IMG/VR virus record: IMGVR_UViG_2595698945_000001
Length of the DNA: 24,362 bases
Reading direction: 5' to 3' (one strand)
DNA from: a virus
Taxonomy: Duplodnaviria > Heunggongvirae > Uroviricota > Caudoviricetes
Positions 8,214 to 17,153 of this stretch are shown here, piece after piece; within the stretch, counting starts at the first letter, position 1; each line of letters starts with the position of its first letter. Both the position numbers and the translations under genes were made by a program. The notes beneath the pieces are model-generated. The model searched no databases, was not told the DNA's origin, and saw only the letters and a list, made by a program, of their open reading frames with translations.

Positions 8214-8677
8214 AGTACGACGCGCATCAGTTTAAGCGTGCTGGCGACAGACTCAATAACAGCCAGAAAGCCTTTAAGCGCTATCTCATCCGTGACATGG
8301 AGAAGCTGGCGCGTCTGGTTGAGCGTCTGGCGCGGGCAATGGCCCCGCTGGAGACTGGCTCACTCGAAAGCGCGATCTTCGCGAGAGTGGTCAAAGAAGG
8401 CTATACAGGGCTGCGTATTGAGTTATCGGTATCTGGAGCCAAACCACGCGAAGGGCATCCGGGCGTTGAGGTTGGTGATTATGCGGAGTACATGGAGTTG
8501 GGCAAGTATCGTCTAGGCTATCTCTCCCGCATGAAGAGCGTCACCAACCCGCCAGTCGCTGGTGTGAAGCCACGAGTTGGGCCTTTGTTCCTTGAGAGAG
8601 CCGTGCAGATCAGTGAGAAGCAGTTCACTCAGACGATAGCAGAAGCGGCAAGGAAAGCAGGTTTTACGAGAGGTTGA
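8204..8677 (+). CDS. HK97 gp10-like tail completion/neck protein
   Basis: Motifs APLETGSLESAI, DYAEYMELG and PLFLERAV; position between stopper and tail terminator. Confidence 0.75.
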   Translation: MGLKYDAHQFKRAGDRLNNSQKAFKRYLIRDMEKLARLVERLARAMAPLETGSLESAIFARVVKEGYTGLRIELSVSGAKPREGHPGVEVGDYAEYMELGKYRLGYLSRMKSVTNPPVAGVKPRVGPLFLERAVQISEKQFTQTIAEAARKAGFTRG

Positions 8678-8678
8678 T

Positions 8679-9062
8679 GTGTTTATTGAAGCATTTGCGA
8701 GCCTGATGCAGAAGGCGAAGATCGGTACAGTCGGCACTGACATTTTCTGTCACTACATGCCAGCCAATGTGAAGTCCGGTGTTCTGTTGGTTACTCCCAA
8801 TACGGGGATCACCATTGACCATGAGTTAAAAGGCTTCTATCACGACTCTTTCACCGTCATCGTGCGTAATGCGACGATCACAAAGGCGGTGGCGAAAGCC
8901 AATAAGATCATGGACATGTTCCCGGTCGAAGAAACCGTGTCAGAGGGCGTTTACTTCCGGTTGGTTCGGCCAATGTCGATGCCGATTACTTATCCCAAAA
9001 ACGAAGGTTCGTTGATTGAAGCGGGTATCCCGATTGAATTTGCGGGCTATTTATTGAATTAA
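8679..9062 (+). CDS. Tail terminator protein
   Basis: 127 aa, GTG start with SD GAGAGG, immediately before the tail tube gene; alpha/beta pattern typical of gpU/DUF3168-like terminators. Confidence 0.65.
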   Translation: MFIEAFASLMQKAKIGTVGTDIFCHYMPANVKSGVLLVTPNTGITIDHELKGFYHDSFTVIVRNATITKAVAKANKIMDMFPVEETVSEGVYFRLVRPMSMPITYPKNEGSLIEAGIPIEFAGYLLN

Positions 9063-9083
9063 TAAAATAAGTAAGTATATACT
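9054..9083 (+). promoter_or_regulatory. Sigma70-like promoter for the tail tube operon
   Basis: TTGAAT (9054-9059), 18 bp, TATACT (9078-9083); the predicted start near 9090 coincides with a small hairpin GGCACC-GTGAA-GGTGCT (9091-9107). Confidence 0.5.
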
Positions 9084-9086
9084 TAC
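9068..9086. promoter_or_regulatory. 18-bp palindromic operator-like site, copy 4 (over the -10)
   Basis: TAAGTAAG-TA-TATACTTA (9068-9085), which also contains the perfect 16-bp palindrome GTAAGTATATACTTAC (9071-9086). Confidence 0.6.
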
Positions 9087-9136
9087 CATTGGCACCGTGA
9101 AGGTGCTGATTTAACGGAAAAAGGAGTTTTCCAACA

Positions 9137-9883
9137 ATGTCCAATACCCATGTAAAAAACATCAAACTTGGCGCCTGCAAAGTGTCGTTTGGTGGCGTTG
9201 ATCTGGGTTACACCAAAGGCGGTGTTCAGGTTGAAGTTGCGACCGAAACTCTGAAAGTCACCGTAGACCAGCTGGGGCAGACCACCATCTCCGAGCTGGT
9301 ACAGGGTCGTAACATCACTATCACTGCACCGCTGGCCGAGTCTGTGTTGAAGAATATGGTCGATCTGATGCCGGGTTCTACCCTGAGCGAAGAAGATAAC
9401 TCTGTGACCATCACTTCCGCACAGGGTGTCAACCTGATCGACGTAGCCAAAGAGCTGGTTCTGACCCCGCAGGATACTACCGACTATGTCCTGACCATTC
9501 CGAAAGCTGCAACCGCAGGTAACTTCACCATGACCTACCAGTCTGATGATGTTCGCGTGTTCTCCGTTCAGTTCACCGCTTACCCGGATGACGACGGTGT
9601 GCTGGGGAAAATGAGCGGCCCAAAGCCGGTTAAAACCGTCTCTATCTCTCCGGAATCTCCGGAAGTTAAAGCCGGTGAGACAGTGCAACTGGCTGCGCAG
9701 ATCACCCCTGCAGATGCCGGCGACAAAACCGGTGTGTGGGAATCCGACAATCAGGAGAAAGCAACCGTTGACCAGACTGGTCTGGTTCGCGGAGTAGCTG
9801 AAGGTTCGGCAAATATCTCCTTCACCAGCAATAGCGGCGGAAAGAAAGCGACCAAAGCAGTAACGGTTAATTCTGCCCAATAA
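9137..9883 (+). CDS. Major tail tube protein with an in-frame C-terminal Ig-like domain
   Basis: About 160-aa tube domain (DLGYTKGGVQVEV) followed by a Big_2-type repeat; biased codon usage; SD AAGGAG. Confidence 0.85.
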   Translation: MSNTHVKNIKLGACKVSFGGVDLGYTKGGVQVEVATETLKVTVDQLGQTTISELVQGRNITITAPLAESVLKNMVDLMPGSTLSEEDNSVTITSAQGVNLIDVAKELVLTPQDTTDYVLTIPKAATAGNFTMTYQSDDVRVFSVQFTAYPDDDGVLGKMSGPKPVKTVSISPESPEVKAGETVQLAAQITPADAGDKTGVWESDNQEKATVDQTGLVRGVAEGSANISFTSNSGGKKATKAVTVNSAQ

Positions 9884-9900
9884 TCGCGACGTAACTAAGC

Positions 9901-9926
9901 AGAGGCTCAGGAAGAGCCTCTCTTTT
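9901..9926 (+). terminator. Terminator-like hairpin with a GGA loop (also a candidate CsrA site)
   Basis: AGAGGCTC-AGGAA-GAGCCTCT then CTTTT; CAGGAAG matches the CsrB repeat CAGGA[UAC]G; SD GGA 18 nt downstream (9931-9933). Confidence 0.65.
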
Positions 9927-9942
9927 AAAAGGACTTTAACCA

Positions 9943-10260
9943 ATGACCAAATTACTCGATCTCGACTCCATTCTGCCTCCGAAGAAAAGCATCAAGTTCG
10001 GTGGTCAGGAATACCCCATCGTTGAAATGACTGTTGGCCTGTTCGTCTCCATTAAGCAGATGGAAGGCAAAGACCTCCAGAGCATGTCGCCTGTTGAGCA
10101 GGTTACCGCTTACGCCGAACTGGTTCGCAAGGTCATCCCATCCGTGCCGGACGCTGTACTGGAAAAACTGACTGTCCCGCAGCTCCAGCAGATCTTCACC
10201 TTCGCTATGGAAGTGATTGATGAAGAGAACGAAAAAGCGGCTGGTGAAGGGGCAAAGTAA
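9943..10260 (+). CDS. Tail assembly chaperone (lambda gpG-like)
   Basis: 105 aa between tail tube and tape measure genes; ends GGG GCA AAG TAA at a candidate slippery site. Confidence 0.8.
   Translation: MTKLLDLDSILPPKKSIKFGGQEYPIVEMTVGLFVSIKQMEGKDLQSMSPVEQVTAYAELVRKVIPSVPDAVLEKLTVPQLQQIFTFAMEVIDEENEKAAGEGAK
10251..10257 (+). other. Programmed -1 ribosomal frameshift site G GCA AAG
   Basis: The -1 frame has TGA at 10245-10247 and the zero frame has TAA at 10258-10260, so any shift is confined to 10248-10257. The -1 frame is then open to 10610. Confidence 0.75.
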
Positions 10261-10610
10261 TTTCCCGCGATGAATCCGGGGTAAAGACCGTATCGATAGA
10301 TCTCGGATTCTATTTCAGTCGTGTAGTTGCTCACTACGCCGTGTCGCCATTAGAGCTGCTGGGCGTCCCTCTAACGATGTTCTGGATGCTCAGTCGCAAC
10401 ATCGACCGTCTGCGCGCGGAAGAGGATGTCCGCAACCTGCAAGTCGCTCGCGCTGCCCAGGCAGATGGCGAGGGCGTGAAGGCGTTCATGGAGGGTTTGC
10501 AACTCAGGATTGGAAGACCAGTCGTAACCGATAAAGTCTACGATCCACGCAAAGATAAGGCAGACCCTGACGCCAAAGAGCAACTGATGCAAATTTTTGG
10601 CAGAGGATGA
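10257..10610 (+). CDS. C-terminal part of the frameshifted chaperone (gpGT-like, fusion about 222 aa)
   Basis: The -1 frame reads VISRDESGVKTVSIDLGFYFSRVVAHYAVSPLELLGVPLTMFWML...QIFGRG and continues into the track ORF 10341-10610, which has no good SD of its own. Confidence 0.75.
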   Translation, partial: VISRDESGVKTVSIDLGFYFSRVVAHYAVSPLELLGVPLTMFWMLSRNIDRLRAEEDVRNLQVARAAQADGEGVKAFMEGLQLRIGRPVVTDKVYDPRKDKADPDAKEQLMQIFGRG

Positions 10611-10617
10611 CAAGGGA

Positions 10618-13600
10618 ATGTCACAAAACGTAGAGTTTATCCTGTCGCTGGAAGACAAGCAGTTTACAGCGTCAATCGACCGGGCGGGTAAGCTACTTAC
10701 CAGATTCGGGGAGCAGGCCACAAAGCCAGCTCAGAAAATTAACAATCTGGAACGCTCGTTGGGTTCGGTCTCCCGCATCATCGGCGTTCTGGAGTCCAAG
10801 CTCGATGCCACGGCAGACAAACTACAGGATGTAGCTGCCGGCTTCGAGCTTGTGTCTGATGTTTCGCGCAAGACGCGAGGCAACATTACCAGCCTCAATT
10901 CAGGTCTCAAAACTCTGATTGAGCGCGTCGACACAACCACCTCATCCGTTAATAAACTCACCACATCGCTGCGCAAGGTTCAGTCTGAACTCAATGAGTT
11001 TTCCGATTGGGCAACGTTCGCTGGTAAGAGCGCCAGCCGCTTCGGTACGGAGGTAAAAGAAGCCTCTGCATCCGTGAGTGGCATGAATACGCGCCTTAAC
11101 ACCACGACGAAGCGTCTCAGCAATTGGGGCGTCACAACGAGCCAGGCTGCCGAGGGGCTGAAGAAAGTCCGCGATCAGATGGATGCGGTGATTGGCCGCC
11201 AGCAACTGATCAGTAAGCCGGTGCGTGTGCGCACCAGCGGCTACGGTGAGGGCGGTGGTAATGGCGGTGGCGGTCGACACAGCGGTTCCTATGGCCACGG
11301 CGGGCGCGGTGCTGAAAATGGCGTGTTCTCTGGTCTGCGCGGCAATATTTTCCTGCTGGGCGAGATTGGTGATGCGGCAAGAACGGTAACTGACATCCTG
11401 TTCGGCTGGCAGAAGCCAATCGTCGAAGCTGCCTCCGAAATGGAGCGTATGCGCGTCATGTTGCGCGGGCTGAACAAGGACAAGGCCAACCCTGGCAAAG
11501 CAGCCGCAGAGGATATGCAGTACATCGTGGATATGGCGCAAAACGCCCCGTTTGCGATGCAGGCGCTGACCGATTCCTTCGTTAAATTCCGCTCGGCAGG
11601 TCTCGATCCTACTGACGGATCGCTGAAAGCGCTGGTGGACTCCGTTGCACGCTTCGGCGGCGATAGCGAGCTGCTTAAACGTGCTGCCGTGGCTGTTCAG
11701 CAGATGTCCGGTAAGGGCGTCGTGTCGATGGAAGAACTGCGTCAGCAATTAGGTGAAGCCGTTCCTAACGCGATGAAGGCGATGGCAGACGCTGCCGGTA
11801 TCACTATGGGGGAACTGACCAAAGCAGTCTCCACCGGTACTGTGGAAGCGAAACAGGCGCTATCGCTGATGTTCGTTGGTCTGCGTGCAGAGAACGAAAA
11901 CGCCGCCAAAGACATGATGCAGACCTACACCGGTGCTCTGGCGCAACTGCAAACCTCCTTTACGCTATTTGCTGATCGCGTCGGTCAGGCGGGCTATCTG
12001 GATTCTCTCTCAAAGGGAATGAAAGAGCTGGCCTCCATCATGAACAGCGCTGAAGGCATTTCGTTCGCTAACTCATTAGGTTCCGGACTTACCACCGCAA
12101 TCGACAGCTTACGTGAGCTGGCGCAGTGGCTGGCGAAAAACCAGGAGTTGATTGTCAACCTGGGCAAAGTAGTGGCCGCTATGGTGGCGTTCAAACTGAT
12201 GCGTGCGGGCATCATGGGCGTGATTGGCACTGCCGGGCAGATGGTTAACACGTTTGCGACGATGTCGACTGTCATCCAGGCGCCGTTCAATCTGGGCGCG
12301 ACAGCTGTCACTCGCTTTAATCGTGCGGCTCGTATGGGTCTGGCTCCACTCCCATCGCTGATCTTCGCTATCCGTGGCGCGATTACGGGGCTACAGGGGG
12401 CATTCGCTGGTCTTACTGCGTTCATCGCAGCAAACCCAATTGGCGCAGCGTTTACCGTCGCTACCGTGGCTGTGGCTGGGCTGATCACGTATATGACCAT
12501 GCTCCGCAGCGAAACGTCAAAAGTCGTTGACGAGATCCGCAAAATCCCGGAGGCGATGACGGCGGCTAAACGTGCGCAGATGGCAGAGCGTGCGGAAAAG
12601 CTCGAAAAAGAGATCATCGCAGACCAGCGAGCGCTCAAAACAGGCGAAAGCGTGAGCTATGTGTCCAACTCTGTTGGCGCTGTCACTCACAAAGAGTCAA
12701 AAGCCGATATTGAGGCTCGCCTGAAGAAGAATCAGGAAGAGTACCAGAAGATTACCGGCACCATTGCGCTGGGTGACGGGGCTGTAGCCAAACGTCTGGC
12801 TAAAGAGGCAGCAGAATCCCAGATTGAGAAAATCCGGGCCGACAATCAGGTCTTCTCTGCGACATTTGTGAAAGCACGTCAGGAGGCTCTGGACAAGATC
12901 CAGAAAATCAATGACGACAAATCACTGTCCGACGATGAGAAGAACAAACTTCTCGCACCGCTCCGTGAAACGGTGAATAAGTCATACCTGGAACCGGCGC
13001 AAAAACTGGTCGATTCCCTGTCCTCCCGTAAAAACGCGACCGAGAAGCAGATTGCCCACTACAACGATCTGCTCGAAAAAGCGAAGAAAGAGGGCAATAC
13101 AGAGCAGATTCAGAAGCTACAAGGCATTATTCGAGGCTATCAGGAGCATCTGGAAGCTGTCGCTCAGGAGTTGACTCAGGCCGAGTTTGAGCGTGATAAC
13201 GCTGCCAAAACTGGTAAGGGCGTCATGTCCAACCAGGGAACCGTTTTGGGGCTTGGTACGAGCGACAAGGCGGCCCAGAAAGCTTTGGCGCAGTACATGC
13301 GCAACCAAATGGACTCCGCAACCTATCAGCGCACGTTGCCAGACGGTACGGCGATGCTGGACTTCGAAGGTAAGCCGATCATTGGGCCGAAGCAGCTCAA
13401 AACCCAGCTGAACCTGCAGAAAGCCTCCAGCGCCAGCTCTCTGGAGAAAATGAGCGACGAGGAACGTGCAGCAGCGATCGCCGCACTAACCAAAGCGCGT
13501 GAGCAGGATGCAGCAGCAGCGGAAAAAGCCGGCCAGCGCACTGCCAATGCTTCTCAGCGTGCCGCGAGGAAGGAAGAAAATGCGCAGCGTAAGCTGGCGG

Positions 13601-15198
13601 CCGGCTACCAGAAAGCGCTGGATAAAGCCGATCAGCTTATGGGGCAGATGGGTGAAAGCTCTAAAGCGACCGTGTCGTTTGACCAGTCTCTACGCGATAC
13701 CACCAAATCGCTGACCGAACTGGCCAACGCCGTACCGAATGAGTTCATCACTCAGGAGATGATCGACAAAGCCAAGTCACGCCTTGCTGATCTGGCTAAC
13801 GCGAGCGACGACTACCGCGAGATGTTCAACCGCCGCAACGTCGAGCAGATGATCTCCACCTGGGCGCCGGAATCCGATTCCATCATTAGCGCGGGTTACA
13901 AGCCGTCTCGTGAAGAGAAGGTGGCCGATTTCAACGACACCTACAACCGTAACCTGAAAGCGTTGATGGATCTGCGTGACCAGGCTTCTGATCCGAAAAT
14001 TGTGGCGCTGTACACCAAGCAGATCAATCAGCTTGTTGCCGCTGGCAATACCGCGCTCATCAAAGAGACCGGCACGGCCACGCAGAAGCTGGCGCTTGAG
14101 TATGAAAATCTGGCCGAGCAACTGGAAAATAGCTGGAGCAATCTGTTCAGCAGTCTCACCGATACGCTCACCGACTTCGTTATGAAGGGAAAAATGGACT
14201 TCTCCAGCCTGGCAGAATCCATTCTCCGCGACATCACCAACATGGTTGTGAAGACGCAGATCACCCTGCCTCTCATGAACATGCTGGGGATGGGAACGAC
14301 GGCAGCTGGCAGCTCTCAGAGCGGCAATCTGCTTTCTGGTGTCGCGTCAGCGGTTGCCAATCAGGGCGTCCGTATGAATGCGGTCAACGGTGACAAGTCA
14401 GTAGGTGAAGCGACGAAAGAGACCTCCAGTTCTGTGTCCGGATTGGGTCAGACGACTCAGCAAACGACCAGCGCTATCGGTACGGCAACCAACGCGATTG
14501 GGAGTTGGGTGTCGGGGCTGTTCAGTAGCACCGAGGCCAAAGAAGCTGAAACTAAAGCAGTGAAGACCTCCATCTTCTCAATGCAGAATCTCAGCTCTGT
14601 TACTGGCGCACTCTCCGCTGCGTTCGCCATGTTGGGGGCAAATGCTTCCGGATCAGGCAACAAGTGGTTGAGTTTCGGTTCGACAGTGGTTTCCGGATTG
14701 GTATCAGCCTGGGCTGGTGGCGGGTTTGATAGTCTGATGTCGGGTTCCTCTGGCAGCTCGGGGTTTAACAATCTGACTGGTTCCGCGGCAGATGGTACGA
14801 ATGGCATTCCTTCAATTCCGAAGTTCGCTAAAGGCGGCATTTTCGGGAAAGACGGAGTGGTTCCGCTCCGGGCGTACCAGAAAGGTGGCATCGCGGACTC
14901 CCCACAGCTGGCGTTGTTTGGCGAAGGAGACATGAACGAAGCCTACGTTCCGCTTCCGGATGGTCGTTCCATCCCGGTCACGCTCAATGCAGAGAGTGTT
15001 AAAGGCGGTGGCGGCGGCGTGTTCTCCCCCGTCAGCATTGAGATCAACGTCAACAGCGACGGCAGTGTCACGGAGAACAGCAATTCCGAAGGCGCATGGA
15101 GTCAGGCCGCACAGCGCATGAAGGCGATCGCGCTTGAAACCATCGCTCAGGAGAAGCGACCAGGCGGTTCGCTCAACCCTAACTCTCAACGTAACTAA
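10618..15198 (+). CDS. Tape measure protein, 1526 aa
   Basis: SD AAGGGA before ATG 10618; tape-measure N-terminal domain (AQNAPF...QQMSGKGVVSMEELRQQLGE), hydrophobic segments, lambda-type C-terminal FAKGG...GEGDMNEAYVPL. Confidence 0.95.
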   Translation: MSQNVEFILSLEDKQFTASIDRAGKLLTRFGEQATKPAQKINNLERSLGSVSRIIGVLESKLDATADKLQDVAAGFELVSDVSRKTRGNITSLNSGLKTLIERVDTTTSSVNKLTTSLRKVQSELNEFSDWATFAGKSASRFGTEVKEASASVSGMNTRLNTTTKRLSNWGVTTSQAAEGLKKVRDQMDAVIGRQQLISKPVRVRTSGYGEGGGNGGGGRHSGSYGHGGRGAENGVFSGLRGNIFLLGEIGDAARTVTDILFGWQKPIVEAASEMERMRVMLRGLNKDKANPGKAAAEDMQYIVDMAQNAPFAMQALTDSFVKFRSAGLDPTDGSLKALVDSVARFGGDSELLKRAAVAVQQMSGKGVVSMEELRQQLGEAVPNAMKAMADAAGITMGELTKAVSTGTVEAKQALSLMFVGLRAENENAAKDMMQTYTGALAQLQTSFTLFADRVGQAGYLDSLSKGMKELASIMNSAEGISFANSLGSGLTTAIDSLRELAQWLAKNQELIVNLGKVVAAMVAFKLMRAGIMGVIGTAGQMVNTFATMSTVIQAPFNLGATAVTRFNRAARMGLAPLPSLIFAIRGAITGLQGAFAGLTAFIAANPIGAAFTVATVAVAGLITYMTMLRSETSKVVDEIRKIPEAMTAAKRAQMAERAEKLEKEIIADQRALKTGESVSYVSNSVGAVTHKESKADIEARLKKNQEEYQKITGTIALGDGAVAKRLAKEAAESQIEKIRADNQVFSATFVKARQEALDKIQKINDDKSLSDDEKNKLLAPLRETVNKSYLEPAQKLVDSLSSRKNATEKQIAHYNDLLEKAKKEGNTEQIQKLQGIIRGYQEHLEAVAQELTQAEFERDNAAKTGKGVMSNQGTVLGLGTSDKAAQKALAQYMRNQMDSATYQRTLPDGTAMLDFEGKPIIGPKQLKTQLNLQKASSASSLEKMSDEERAAAIAALTKAREQDAAAAEKAGQRTANASQRAARKEENAQRKLAAGYQKALDKADQLMGQMGESSKATVSFDQSLRDTTKSLTELANAVPNEFITQEMIDKAKSRLADLANASDDYREMFNRRNVEQMISTWAPESDSIISAGYKPSREEKVADFNDTYNRNLKALMDLRDQASDPKIVALYTKQINQLVAAGNTALIKETGTATQKLALEYENLAEQLENSWSNLFSSLTDTLTDFVMKGKMDFSSLAESILRDITNMVVKTQITLPLMNMLGMGTTAAGSSQSGNLLSGVASAVANQGVRMNAVNGDKSVGEATKETSSSVSGLGQTTQQTTSAIGTATNAIGSWVSGLFSSTEAKEAETKAVKTSIFSMQNLSSVTGALSAAFAMLGANASGSGNKWLSFGSTVVSGLVSAWAGGGFDSLMSGSSGSSGFNNLTGSAADGTNGIPSIPKFAKGGIFGKDGVVPLRAYQKGGIADSPQLALFGEGDMNEAYVPLPDGRSIPVTLNAESVKGGGGGVFSPVSIEINVNSDGSVTENSNSEGAWSQAAQRMKAIALETIAQEKRPGGSLNPNSQRN

Positions 15199-15204
15199 CC
15201 ACGG

Positions 15205-15240
15205 CTGCCCCGGAAGGGGCAGTCTCACAAGGATGTGAGA
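15205..15240 (+). promoter_or_regulatory. Tandem GGA-loop hairpins; the second encloses the SD and first base of the gpM-like gene
   Basis: CTGCCCC-GGAA-GGGGCAG (15205-15222) and TCTCACA-AGGA-TGTGAGA (15223-15240). ACAAGGATGT matches the core of the CsrA SELEX consensus RUACARGGAUGU. Confidence 0.7.
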
Positions 15241-15575
15241 TGGAAAGACTGACTTTTAACTGGTATCCCGACTACGAGTCGGAAAAGACCGTGAAGCCTA
15301 ACGTGGCGGTTCTGAATTTTGGTGACGATTACGAACAGCGCCAGGCCAAAGGTCTCAATCGCATCAAAGAAGAGTGGAGCCTGACATTTACGCGCTCTTA
15401 CGACGTCATCAATGCCGTCGATGACTTTCTAACGGCACGCGCGGCCGTTGAGTCGTTCTACTGGACGAACCCTCGTGGCAAAAAGATTGTTGTGGTGTGC
15501 GACAGCCATACGGTCAAACGTTACCAGGGCTATCAGGTTCTCACTGCGACCTTCAGACAAATTTATGAAGGATAA
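15240..15575 (+). CDS. Minor tail protein, lambda gpM-like (distal tail)
   Basis: 111 aa; FGDDYEQRQAKGLN, FL.AR.AVESFYWT.P and LTATFRQ motifs; follows the tape measure gene. Confidence 0.9.
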   Translation: MERLTFNWYPDYESEKTVKPNVAVLNFGDDYEQRQAKGLNRIKEEWSLTFTRSYDVINAVDDFLTARAAVESFYWTNPRGKKIVVVCDSHTVKRYQGYQVLTATFRQIYEG

Positions 15576-15585
15576 TTTAACCCAC

Positions 15586-15614
15586 TAGATAAGTAAGCAC
15601 TTATTTACTATTAT
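15586..15614 (+). promoter_or_regulatory. Sigma70-like promoter for the L-K-I-J genes
   Basis: TAGATA (15586-15591), 17 bp, TATTAT (15609-15614). Confidence 0.5.
15590..15607. promoter_or_regulatory. 18-bp palindromic operator-like site, copy 5 (in the promoter spacer)
   Basis: TAAGTAAG-CA-CTTATTTA. Confidence 0.7.
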
Positions 15615-15618
15615 TTAT

Positions 15619-15643
15619 AGGCGCTGACAGGATGTTGGCGCCT
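15619..15643 (+). promoter_or_regulatory. GGA-loop hairpin (candidate CsrA site or attenuator) in the gpL-like leader
   Basis: AGGCGCTGAC-AGGAT-GTTGGCGCCT, a 10-bp stem with two G-U pairs and ACAGGATGT at the apex; SD CAAGGAAG has its GGA 22 nt downstream; followed by CTTTATTT. Confidence 0.65.
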
Positions 15644-15664
15644 CTTTATTTCAAGGAAGAAACG

Positions 15665-16363
15665 ATGGGTATTAAAGCTGATATTCAGAGCTTGTCGCCC
15701 TCCGCGCTCATTGAGTTGTTCGAACTTGATATGTCGAACACCACCTCTGGGGGCAAGCTGTTTTTCCACGCCGGCACAAACGAACTGATGGAGCCAGTCG
15801 TTTGGCAGGGTGTGTCCTACGAACCGTGGCCAATCAAAGCGTCAGGCTTTGATAAGACTGGTCAGGGTACTTTGCCGCGTCCAAAAATCCAGGTCTCCAA
15901 CTTTGCCGGAACTGTCTCCGCTGAAGTTCAGGCAAACGACGATCTGGTGGGTTGCCGCATCATCCGCAAGATGACGCTGGCGCGTTTTCTCGATGCGGCC
16001 AACTTCAAAGACGGGAATCCAACCGCAGATCCAAATCAGCACTTCCCGGATGAGATGTGGTTCATCGAACAGAAGACTCTCGAAACTCATGAGGTCGTCG
16101 AGTTTGAGCTGTCGAGTGTGTTCGATCTGATGGGCGTGCAGCTGCCGTACCGCCAGATCATCAAAAACACCTGCCCGTGGAAATACCGCGGCCCAGAGTG
16201 CGGCTACACCGGCCCATATTTCGACAAAAACAACCAGCAAACCACCATGTCAGGCGCGGATTACTGCACGAAACGCTACGACTCATGCAACGCTCGCCGT
16301 AACTACTTTGCCAATGGCGTAATCCACTTTGGCGGGTTCATCGGAGCAACGCGTTATGGGTAA
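15665..16363 (+). CDS. Minor tail protein, lambda gpL-like (4-Cys Fe-S motif)
   Basis: 232 aa from ATG 15665 (SD AAGGA); ALIELFELD and C-terminal C-x8-C-x22-C-x6-C; the track start at 15632 lies inside the leader hairpin. Confidence 0.9.
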   Translation: MGIKADIQSLSPSALIELFELDMSNTTSGGKLFFHAGTNELMEPVVWQGVSYEPWPIKASGFDKTGQGTLPRPKIQVSNFAGTVSAEVQANDDLVGCRIIRKMTLARFLDAANFKDGNPTADPNQHFPDEMWFIEQKTLETHEVVEFELSSVFDLMGVQLPYRQIIKNTCPWKYRGPECGYTGPYFDKNNQQTTMSGADYCTKRYDSCNARRNYFANGVIHFGGFIGATRYG

Positions 16364-17153
16364 TAAGGCGCTCCCTGAGCTTGGCTCGGACGTTATGCAA
16401 CAAATCTATCTGACAGCCATCAAACGCTACCCGAACGAAGCGTGTGGCTTTCTGGTGCGTACCACTGGCGAGAAATATCGCTTCATTGAAGCCCGGAACG
16501 TGTCGGAGTACCCGGAAAACACGTTTGTTATGCACGCTGACGACATTATCACTGCGGAAGATGCGGGGGACGTGGTTGCCATCTGGCACTCCCACACTGA
16601 CGAATCAGCTGATGCGTCAGACGCCGATCGCGCCGGATGCGAGGCAACGGAAGTTCCGTGGCTGATTCTGGCTGTTCGCAAGAACGTCGAGGGCGATGCG
16701 CCATTTCACTTCAGTGAGATGAATGTGATCACCCCAGACGGCTTTGAGATGCCTTATCTGGGGAGACCCTATGTGTTCGGTGTCTTCGACTGCTGGATGC
16801 TTTGCCGCGACTATCTCAAGCGCGAGTTTGGTGTTGAGCTGAATCCGAATGCGCACCTGCATATCCCGTCATGGTACACGGGCGACAACGACATTCTCGA
16901 CCAGAACTATCGAAATGAAGGGCTGGTGCGTCTTGCGCCAGGGACGGAACCGCAGCGCGGCGATGTCTTCTTCATCCAGTACGGAAAAATGCCTGACCAC
17001 TGCGCGGTGTATATCGGAGACGGCATGATCCTGCATCATCAGATCGACCGCCTGAGTTGTCGCGCTTATTACGGTGGCATGTACCAGAAACACACGACGC
17101 ACCACCTGCGTCACAGAGACTTACTCAAGGGAGATGAGACGTGTCTGAGTTAG
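16356..17153 (+). CDS. Tail tip assembly protein, lambda gpK-like (JAB/MPN plus NlpC/P60)
   Basis: EACG and WHSH..S..D JAMM motif; FDCW and DHCAVYIGDGMILH NlpC/P60 motifs; the ATG overlaps the gpL-like stop, SD GGAG. Confidence 0.9.
   Translation: MGNKALPELGSDVMQQIYLTAIKRYPNEACGFLVRTTGEKYRFIEARNVSEYPENTFVMHADDIITAEDAGDVVAIWHSHTDESADASDADRAGCEATEVPWLILAVRKNVEGDAPFHFSEMNVITPDGFEMPYLGRPYVFGVFDCWMLCRDYLKREFGVELNPNAHLHIPSWYTGDNDILDQNYRNEGLVRLAPGTEPQRGDVFFIQYGKMPDHCAVYIGDGMILHHQIDRLSCRAYYGGMYQKHTTHHLRHRDLLKGDETCLS

Noticed and set aside
11240-11310. Gly-rich insertion in the tape measure protein as a separate functional element
   Set aside because: Low-complexity linkers are common in tape measure proteins, and no motif supports a specific role.
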